Source: Thermodesulfobacteriota bacterium
Lineage (GTDB): Bacteria > Desulfobacterota > WTBG01 > JAGOGO01
Direction of reading: 5' to 3'
DNA: 32,000 nt
Assembly (NCBI GenBank): GCA_026625185.1
Contig: CP113000.1
Span: forward strand, 705,622-737,621
The stretch's first letter is position 1. Every line of letters begins with the position of its first letter. A program made the translations under genes and the position numbers. Positions 17,361 to 23,820 of the stretch are shown in pieces. The notes beneath the pieces were generated by a model, which was not told where the DNA came from, ran no database searches, and saw nothing but the letters and a program-made list of their open reading frames with translations.

Positions 17361-17409
17361 CTTACTTTTTAATAATCCTCATACCCTCCCCTTCTTCTTC
17401 TTCACTTCA

Positions 17410-17514
17410 TTAGCCTCTAAATGCAAACAGCGGTCCCCAGCAACATCCCCCCCATCCCTCAGGGGTAAGCTCATCAATACCTTCGTCAATGATAATGATT
17501 TTTTCTTCTTTCAT
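17410..17514 (-). CDS. 34-aa candidate RiPP precursor peptide MKEEKIIIIDEGIDELTPEGWGGCCWGPLFAFRG
   Basis: Hand translation of the minus strand gives an ATG at 17514-17512 and a TAA at 17412-17410. AGGAGG lies 7 nt upstream (aaaAGGAGGattaccATG). The ORF is on the same strand as, and immediately upstream of, the radical SAM/SPASM gene. The peptide has a bipartite acidic leader-like half and a Gly/Cys/aromatic core-like half. It falls below the ORF-track length cut-off. Confidence 0.65.
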   Translation of the reverse strand: MKEEKIIIIDEGIDELTPEGWGGCCWGPLFAFRG

Positions 17515-17553
17515 GGTAATCCTCCTTTTTAATAAAGATTAAAAAATTTACCT

Positions 17554-17570
17554 GTCAGAAACATTCTGAC
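17554..17570. promoter_or_regulatory. perfect 7-3-7 palindrome GTCAGAA-ACA-TTCTGAC about 40 nt upstream of the small ORF; candidate operator or member of the GTCAGAAG repeat family
   Basis: Read directly from the sequence. It is followed by a direct repeat TGGTTACT at 17571-17578 and 17590-17597, giving a 19-nt period. Confidence 0.3.
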
Positions 17571-17613
17571 TGGTTACTAAGCTTATGAATGGTTACTCTG
17601 AGATCCCTTCTTG

Positions 17614-17652
17614 TCACCTCACCTCAATCCTATCCCCGCCGGGGAGAGGAGG
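17614..17652. repeat. TCACCTCAATCC..CCCCG-CCGGGG-type hairpin repeat, copy 1
   Basis: The sequence is tcacctcacctcaatcctatCCCCGccGGGGAgaggagg. It shares the TCACCTCAATCCT head with the copies at 17901..17980 (inverted) and 25188..25255. Confidence 0.6.
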
Positions 17653-17659
17653 TTGGAGT

Positions 17660-17699
17660 AAAAAAAATAGCCGGTTACCTTTGTTGGCAACCCGGCTAT
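17660..17699 (-). terminator. intrinsic terminator (minus-strand sense: hairpin followed by eight U); weaker in the plus sense
   Basis: The stem ATAGCCGG (17667-17674) pairs with CCGGCTAT (17692-17699), with extra inner pairs. The A8 run at 17660-17667 becomes U8 after the hairpin on the minus strand. Confidence 0.65.
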
Positions 17700-17825
17700 C
17701 TTAAATTTTTAAGATCCGTGGCTTTCCGGCCCCGCCTCACGACGGGTATGGCTTTGTCACATTTATAACATTCTCTTAACCTCCTCCACTGCATTATTAA
17801 TGGGAGCATTAAATATGATTGTAAT

Positions 17826-17868
17826 CCTTCACCCTCACCCTGCCCTCTCCCTCAAGGGAGAGGGAAAC
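17826..17868. repeat. hairpin repeat CCCTCTCCC-tcaa-GGGAGAGGG with CACCCTCACCC head
   Basis: A 9-bp perfect stem (17843-17851 / 17856-17864) with a 4-nt loop. Confidence 0.6.
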
Positions 17869-17900
17869 TTTAGTTATTTTCTCTCTCGGGCAGGAATTGA

Positions 17901-17980
17901 TTCTACCATTCGACCTTTTGACCCTGCGACTTTTTACTTCCCCTTCCTCTCCCTTTGGGGAGAGGATTGAGGTGAGGGGA
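17901..17980. repeat. 80-nt dispersed repeat, inverted copy of 25188..25255
   Basis: The reverse complement reads tcccctcacctcaatcctctccccaaagggagaggaaggggaagtaaaaagtcgcagggtcaaaaggtcgaatggtagaa. Copy 25188 reads tcccctcacctcaatcctttctccaagggaagtaaaaagtcgcagggtcaaaaggtcgaatggtcgaa. The outer blocks are identical and the middle differs by an indel. Confidence 0.8.
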
Positions 17981-18283
17981 CATTATGTCATCAATTAATT
18001 TATGTTCTAATTATTAGAGCACTGCGTGGAGGAAAAGGCTAAGCGTATTCAGTTGTAGGAAAAAATCTTGGGGGATTTCGACCTTGCCCCGGCCATTTCG
18101 GGTGAAAACGATTTCGCGGAAAACAATTAACCATCATTCTGGTTAATCATCCTATTGGAATGTCTCAGGGTTAAATACGCAAGCTAAAACCTCCGGCTAC
18201 AACTGCCTTCACCACATCGTCTTTAAATTACAGCACGGTCTTTCTCTAAGAGTGACACCCTCCTTCAGAAGAGGGTATTTACA

Positions 18284-18316
18284 CCTAACCCCCTCTTTCG
18301 AAAAGAGGGGGTTAGG
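18284..18316. repeat. 15-bp perfect hairpin CCTAACCCCCTCTTT-cga-AAAGAGGGGGTTAGG
   Basis: Read directly. It resembles the CCCCCTCAATCCCCCCTTAAAAAGGG element at about 26380-26410. Confidence 0.6.
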
Positions 18317-18539
18317 GGGAGTTCCAGCCGGGGATTATGAAAGGTCTTTTTAACTCGTTTACAATTACTTATTTGTTTTATAGTAAATAATATTTTCTGA
18401 GTTCTGTCTATAGGTGAATCACCTCATTTTTATAGGAGAAATTCCCAAACAATAGGAATTTATCCCAAAAAAGAGGCAACCTTTAAACCAGCTTTACGGG
18501 ATCAGTATTTGATCAAGGTAAAAATAAAAGGAACCTTGT

Positions 18540-20501
18540 TTATTTAAATTTAATTCTTATTCCGGCCTCTACCCACCTTTGGGGGTTTTTAAATTCCGGT
18601 CGGGTATAATTAGCGCCGTTAAACAGGTTGTGGGCCGTAAAAAAAAGCTCGGGTGTGGTCTTTTCCTGGACAAAAATTTTCTTGGCGAGGTTCAGGTCCC
18701 AGAGAAAATTATCATATTTTGCCATGCTCCTGGAATCAAGGTTCCACCACACATAGTGGCCAAAAAGCTCCGCCCGGATTGATTTATTGTCATCATATCG
18801 GAAGCCAAGGGAGTAGGAATAGGAGTTTTTGGTGCCACTAGCTTCAGTGGGAGGAGAGAAATGGACGTAAGAGAAACCGCCGACAAAATAAAAATTATAA
18901 AACGAGACGGTTTGCAGTTCCATTTCTCCGCCCTGCCTCCTAACCTTTTTACCATTAACAAGGGTAAAATATGGTGATGGAAATGGTTCATACTGAGCCG
19001 TTAAGGTATCTTTAATCTCATGCCGGAAAAAGGTCGCCTTTAACCAGAAGTACTTGAGCGCCGCGGTTTCCCCGCCAAATTGGTAGGACATGATTTTTTC
19101 CGGGTTTAGGCTTGAATTGGGCTTTGCAAATAATGTTCCCCCTGAAAGCATTGAGAGCGGAGGAATGGTAAAACCTCGTGCCACTGAAGCCCGTAAGATT
19201 GAATCCCGCCAAATTCGATAGGTTACGCCAAGGCTCGGACTGACAAAAGAGCCGGTAATATTGTTACGGTCATACCTGATCCCCGGGGTGATGGACCACC
19301 TGTCAATGACAATGGTGTCATTGGCATACAGTGCCCATCGGTTAATGCCCGGGCTGGTAGTCGCCATTGCCGGCAAGCCATATATTAGTTGGAGTAAATT
19401 CCCGGCTTTGAGTGTCTGGTCGAGCGTGCCGCGGTCAAATTCTCCGCCAAAAACCGCGGTGTGCATCCCATGAGTCCAGGTAAATTTTGCGTCCCCTCCG
19501 GTGTTCTCCTCATCATAAATGCTGTCCTGCATTAGGGATCCAGGGGGATCCCAAGGAAGTCCGAACAGACCAAGGGAATCGCTCGTCAGTGAAAGTCTCT
19601 GCTTGAATTCGTGAAAGGACATGGCAAAACTTAATTCTTTGGTGAGGGAAGCATCGAGGGACGCAGTTGCGAAAAAAGTCCGGCTTGCTCCTTTTTGGGT
19701 GATATCTCCACTCGGAAAATCGCCAATCTTCACCTCCGGCTCACTGTACCCGAGGGTAAAGTCAGTATTTACCTTGCTGGAAACCGGGAGGTGAAACTTG
19801 GAGTAAAGGTTGTAGTCTTCAACAAACTCCCGGCCATCTCGCAAACCATCAGATTCCTGGTGCCCCGCATAAAGATAATACCCCATTGGACCGGCTAAGC
19901 CCGCGACCTGAGCTCGATAATCTTGGGTGTCTCTCTCGCCATACGAAGCGCTCAAAGAGCCTGAAGGCCGGGTGGTTTTTCCCGCGTCCTTGGTTATAAT
20001 GTTTACCACCCCCCCCAGGGATGACCCCCAGGATGAAGAGGCAGGGCCTTTGATAACTTCGATCCGCTCAATGATCCCCACGGGAATTGTATTAGTTTCC
20101 GCATGTCCGTCAGAGAGAAAATTCCAACGGATGCCGTCTACCACAACGAGGACATGCCGTTCCTCCGAGCCTTGGCTGAGCAATAATGAGGTTGCGCCAA
20201 AATCCTGATTAAAATTAATAAAGAGGCCCGGGATCCGGTTCAGGACATCAGCCACCGTATGAGCGTTCATATTTTCGATTTCTTGGGCGGTAATAACCGT
20301 GATATTTTCGGCAACCTGGGAGATCGGTTTGGCGTTTCGGGTAGCGGATACTACCAGGTCTTTTTCCTTATAAAACATCTGGAGAACTTGCATCTCCTCC
20401 TCGGACTGGGCCAAGGAGGAAGGGCAAAAAAGGAAGAGAGGGAGGTTTAAAAAGAACACAAAAAAACAAACGATTAGGATGCGTTGGTCCCTAAAATTCA
20501 T
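18540..20501 (-). CDS. TonB-dependent outer-membrane receptor
   Basis: 653 aa. It has a signal peptide (ILIVCFFVFFLNLPLFLFCPSSLAQ) and plug-domain motifs (DLVVSATR, ITVITAQEI, NRIPGLF, IERIEVIKGPASSSWGSSLGGVVNIITK). The C-terminal part is long, rich in beta-strand-like sequence and ends in an aromatic-rich segment. Confidence 0.9.
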   Translation of the reverse strand: MNFRDQRILIVCFFVFFLNLPLFLFCPSSLAQSEEEMQVLQMFYKEKDLVVSATRNAKPISQVAENITVITAQEIENMNAHTVADVLNRIPGLFINFNQDFGATSLLLSQGSEERHVLVVVDGIRWNFLSDGHAETNTIPVGIIERIEVIKGPASSSWGSSLGGVVNIITKDAGKTTRPSGSLSASYGERDTQDYRAQVAGLAGPMGYYLYAGHQESDGLRDGREFVEDYNLYSKFHLPVSSKVNTDFTLGYSEPEVKIGDFPSGDITQKGASRTFFATASLDASLTKELSFAMSFHEFKQRLSLTSDSLGLFGLPWDPPGSLMQDSIYDEENTGGDAKFTWTHGMHTAVFGGEFDRGTLDQTLKAGNLLQLIYGLPAMATTSPGINRWALYANDTIVIDRWSITPGIRYDRNNITGSFVSPSLGVTYRIWRDSILRASVARGFTIPPLSMLSGGTLFAKPNSSLNPEKIMSYQFGGETAALKYFWLKATFFRHEIKDTLTAQYEPFPSPYFTLVNGKKVRRQGGEMELQTVSFYNFYFVGGFSYVHFSPPTEASGTKNSYSYSLGFRYDDNKSIRAELFGHYVWWNLDSRSMAKYDNFLWDLNLAKKIFVQEKTTPELFFTAHNLFNGANYTRPEFKNPQRWVEAGIRIKFK

Positions 20502-20622
20502 TATAGAAAATAACAGGAAGAATAAATGTTTATTTTTTATTATATTCTATGATAAAATATATTCAATTCTATTTATGAGTTATGAACTTTTTTTAATCTT
20601 CTTTTGAATTTTTGTTTTTAAC

Positions 20623-20658
20623 ATGATAGATTTTAAAACTATTTCTATCATCATTATT
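20623..20658. promoter_or_regulatory. inverted repeat ATGATAGA-N13-TCTATCAT overlapping a Fur-box-like 19-mer in the AT-rich region upstream of the TonB-dependent receptor
   Basis: The inverted repeat lies at 20623-20630 / 20644-20651. The minus-strand 19-mer AATAATGATGATAGAAATA (20640-20658) matches 12 of 19 positions of GATAATGATAATCATTATC by my hand alignment. Confidence 0.3.
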
Positions 20659-20773
20659 TTTAAAATGCAAGTTTTTTTTGTATTTTTTTATAAAAAAATT
20701 ATTTTAAAAAAGGGCATTGCCGAATTATCAGGCGATTGAAAAGCTAATACAATAGGGATTATGGCAGGGGAAA

Positions 20774-20915
20774 AGACAGAAATTAGCAGTCAGAAGACAG
20801 AAGACATAGGGGCGCAACGTGTTGCGCCCGATAGGCAGGAAACAGAATGGGAAGAGGGAAGGCAAAAATTTTCAAGATTTGATAGTCTGGCAAAAAGCTC
20901 ATGAGTTTGTTATTT
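20774..20915 (+). pseudogene. 5' remnant of a second four-helix-bundle (IVS protein family) cassette: heptamer array, GC hairpin and the first 24 or so codons, frameshifted
   Basis: The elements are AGTCAGAAGACAGAAGACA, the hairpin GGGCGCAAC-gt-GTTGCGCCC (20810-20829), and ATG at 20847. ..KNFQDLIVWQKAHEFVI is readable in a shifted frame. The sequence parallels the start of the 15732 copy (ATGGGAAGA..TTTCAAGATTTG..TGGCA.AAAGCTCATGAGTTT). Confidence 0.7.
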
Positions 20916-20923
20916 TTAAATTC

Positions 20924-21820
20924 ATGATTACAAAAATTTTTACTTTCTTCTTAATATTCGTATCTTGCTACGGTTCGGCTGAAGCTGGCCAGCGGATTCT
21001 CGTTATTCAAAGCCTCAGAGTTGCACCCTATGAGGAAGCGCTTGCCGGTTTTAAAAGCGCCTGTGATGCTGAGATTATGCAAGTAGTGCTTTCCAACCAG
21101 GATAAAATCAATCCTTTCCAGATAATTCAAGCCGACAAACCGGAACTTATTCTTGCCATAGGGATGGATGCGCTTACCAAAATAAAAGAGATCGAAGATA
21201 TTCCGATTGTTTATATGATGGTTCTCAATCCTCAGGCAATTACTTTCGGAGAAAAGAATATAAGCGGTATCAGCATGACGCTCTCTCCCGAAAAACAGAT
21301 CACTACCCTCCTGGAGGTTTTACCGGCGGCAAAAAGGGTCGGGACCTTATACAATCCGGATAGAACCGGCAATTTTATAAAAGGGGCGGTGACTGCGGCT
21401 AATAACATGGGTATCTCTTTGTTAACCGAAAAGGTTCAGAACACAAAAGAGTTGCCTTCCGCATTAAAAAATATTCAGAAAAAGATAGATGCCTTCTGGA
21501 TGATCCCGGATATCACCGTGTATTCTCCTGAGACCATTGAGTTCCTGCTTCTTTTCTTTCTCGAAAATCAGAAACCGATCATCGCCTTTTCAGAAAAATA
21601 TGTTGAGCTCGGTGCAGTAATGTCAATCAGCGTAGACCCGCTTGATATAGGCAAGCAGGCCGGTGAGATGGCTAAAGCAATCCTTTCCAATGGGGGCAAG
21701 AGGGATATTCAACGGATTGATGCCCGCAAGGAAGTAATAGCCATTAACCGGAAGATAGCGAAAAAGTTGGGAATCACCATTGATGAGAAGGTCTTAGCAA
21801 AAGCTAAGCTTCTAAACTAA
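20924..21820 (+). CDS. periplasmic solute-binding protein of the ABC_sub_bind (PF04392-like) type, probable sensing partner of the downstream kinase
   Basis: I moved the start to the ATG at 20924, where a signal peptide begins (MITKIFTFFLIFVSCYGSAEA). The track's upstream extension (20819-20923) translates the IVS-cassette remnant. Family-like features are RILVIQSLRVAPYEEALAGFK and the C-terminal INRKIAKKLGITIDEKVLAKA. No obvious SD. Confidence 0.7.
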   Translation: MITKIFTFFLIFVSCYGSAEAGQRILVIQSLRVAPYEEALAGFKSACDAEIMQVVLSNQDKINPFQIIQADKPELILAIGMDALTKIKEIEDIPIVYMMVLNPQAITFGEKNISGISMTLSPEKQITTLLEVLPAAKRVGTLYNPDRTGNFIKGAVTAANNMGISLLTEKVQNTKELPSALKNIQKKIDAFWMIPDITVYSPETIEFLLLFFLENQKPIIAFSEKYVELGAVMSISVDPLDIGKQAGEMAKAILSNGGKRDIQRIDARKEVIAINRKIAKKLGITIDEKVLAKAKLLN

Positions 21821-21829
21821 AGACACAAG

Positions 21830-23800
21830 ATGAATTTAAATTTTCTTAAGCTCCTGAGTGAAAAATTCAGCGTTAAGGTATTCGTTACCTTTACAGTTTT
21901 TTTATTCATCATTTTCTCTTCTTTCACGGTCTTTTTTTACTATCAGCAAAGTAAAGCCCTCACCAATACCTTGATAAGAAACTCAGAATTACTTGTGGGG
22001 GTTCTTGCCTATAGTGTGAGGCTCGGCGTTATTTCGGAAAATCAAGACCTGCTCCAAGTTGCGGTTGAGGGAATTTTTCAACAGGAAAACGTCTTAGAAA
22101 TTTCTGTATTTAATCTGCAGAAAAATTTATTAAAAAGGCTAAAGAAATATAAAGTCACGGATCAGCAGACATCAGCACGCGAAGATGAAAAAGTTCCGGG
22201 TAACGTAATCGCAAACTTCAGGCAGGATCAGCCTCTGGTTTTGCTTAAAGGCAAGGACTCCATGGAATTATGGTCGCCGGTCATCACTACCCCCGGATAT
22301 TCTTCTGAAGAGGATCTGGTTCTGGGGGAGCGCAATTTGAAAAAAAGGGAGCTTATCATTGGTGCGGCAAAAATAACCATTGATAAAAGCGGCCTCAAAA
22401 AACGGCTCGATGGCCTGTTATTGAAAAGTGTTTTAATGGGTTTTGTTTTTTGGGGCATCGGTTCTTTACTTATATTTATCATGACCAGGCAGATAACAAC
22501 CCCCCTTAAACGACTGACAACAGGGGTGTACACCCTCGGTATCGGAGGCGTGGTCAGTGAGGTGGTGGTTGAGACCGGGGATGAAATCGGCAAACTCGCT
22601 GACGCATTTAACACTATGCTTGACGCCTTAAAAAAAAGGGAAGCAGAAAAAGAACAACTCCAGGAACAGCTCCGGCATTCCCAAAAAATGGAAGCAATCG
22701 GAACTCTGGCCGGCGGCATAGCCCATGACTTTAATAATATCCTCACGGCGATAATGGGTTTTGGGGGACTGATCCAAATGAAAATCCCAAAAGAGAGCCC
22801 GATCAGTTCTCATGTCGAACAGATACTCGAATCAGCGCAAAAGGCAGCAAGCCTGACCAAGAACCTTCTTGTGTTCAGCAGAAAACAGTTGAGCGCTCCC
22901 GCACCGTTAAATCTTAACGAAAGTATCAGCAACTTAAAAAAGCTTCTCGGGAGACTGATTAAAGAAGACATCGAGTTTAAGGTCGAACTGGGGAAAAATG
23001 ATTTGGTCGTCATGGCTGACCAAGGGCAGTTAGATCAGATCTTCATGAATCTCGTTACCAATGCCAGGGATGCCATGCCCAAAGGTGGTGTGTTAACTAT
23101 TTCTACCGGGGCAGCACAGTTGCCTCCCCATATTGTAGACCCGTCACAACCAAAAAAATTAGGTGGCTATGCCCTTATCTCGGTTAGCGATACCGGCATT
23201 GGGATAGATGAGAAGACTCAGGAAAAAATTTTCGACCCCTTTTTTACCACGAAAGAGGTGGGGAAAGGAACCGGTCTTGGTCTTTCCATGATCTATGGCA
23301 TTGTGAAAAAACATGACGGGTATATTGACGTTGCAAGTGAGGTTGGCAAAGGAACAACCTTTAACATCTATCTTCCCTTGATTGATTCTACATTTGAAAA
23401 ACAAAAAGAAAAAGCTTCGCGCCCGCTTAAAAGGGGCACTGAGACAATACTGGTCGCAGACGATGATCCGGCAGTTGCGAGCCTGGTGAAAAGGATCCTG
23501 GAAGAATTCGGGTACAAAGTCATCGAAGCGCGCGATGGAGAAGATGCGATCGAACAATTTCTAAAACACAAGGATGATATCCATCTCTTGCTTCTGGATG
23601 TCATCATGCCTAAAAAGAACGGGAAAGAGGCTTTCGATGGGATAAGAAAAATCAAGCCGGAGATAAAAGCAATTTTTATCAGCGGCTATTCCGCTGAGAT
23701 TATTGACGAGCAAGCAATTCTTCAGGGGTTGCATTTTATCGGCAAACCGGTTTCCCCGGAAGAACTTTTGTATAAGGTACGAGAAATTCTGGATAATTGA
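21830..23800 (+). CDS. hybrid sensor histidine kinase (TM-sensor-TM, HAMP, HisKA, HATPase, C-terminal receiver)
   Basis: 656 aa. TM2 is VLMGFVFWGIGSLLIFIM, the HAMP end is GDEIGKLADAFNTMLDAL, and the H-box is GGIAHDFNNIL. The ATPase boxes are NLVTNARDAM, DTGIGID and GKGTGLGLSM. The receiver region reads ILVADDD, LLLLDVIMPKKNG and FIGKP. Confidence 0.9.
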   Translation: MNLNFLKLLSEKFSVKVFVTFTVFLFIIFSSFTVFFYYQQSKALTNTLIRNSELLVGVLAYSVRLGVISENQDLLQVAVEGIFQQENVLEISVFNLQKNLLKRLKKYKVTDQQTSAREDEKVPGNVIANFRQDQPLVLLKGKDSMELWSPVITTPGYSSEEDLVLGERNLKKRELIIGAAKITIDKSGLKKRLDGLLLKSVLMGFVFWGIGSLLIFIMTRQITTPLKRLTTGVYTLGIGGVVSEVVVETGDEIGKLADAFNTMLDALKKREAEKEQLQEQLRHSQKMEAIGTLAGGIAHDFNNILTAIMGFGGLIQMKIPKESPISSHVEQILESAQKAASLTKNLLVFSRKQLSAPAPLNLNESISNLKKLLGRLIKEDIEFKVELGKNDLVVMADQGQLDQIFMNLVTNARDAMPKGGVLTISTGAAQLPPHIVDPSQPKKLGGYALISVSDTGIGIDEKTQEKIFDPFFTTKEVGKGTGLGLSMIYGIVKKHDGYIDVASEVGKGTTFNIYLPLIDSTFEKQKEKASRPLKRGTETILVADDDPAVASLVKRILEEFGYKVIEARDGEDAIEQFLKHKDDIHLLLLDVIMPKKNGKEAFDGIRKIKPEIKAIFISGYSAEIIDEQAILQGLHFIGKPVSPEELLYKVREILDN

Positions 23801-23820
23801 TAATCAGCAAATTTAATTGC

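Noticed and set aside
18015-18137. A short minus-strand ORF (about 33 codons, MMVNCFPRNRFHPKWPGQGRNPPRFFPTTEYA) in the gene-free tract
   Set aside because: It overlaps hairpin repeats, has only a weak SD-like AGGA at non-ideal spacing, and has a composition typical of translated repeats. It bears no resemblance to the candidate precursor peptide.
17600-18320. A cluster of similar hairpin repeats considered as a possible CRISPR array
   Set aside because: The repeats differ in sequence and orientation and have irregular spacing. There are no unique spacers of uniform length and no cas genes in the window.
18540-20501. The TonB-dependent receptor as part of the candidate RiPP locus (for example as an importer or immunity component)
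   Set aside because: It is separated from the peptide gene by about 1 kb of repeat DNA and a strong intrinsic terminator. Nothing in the sequence links the two beyond strand and proximity.
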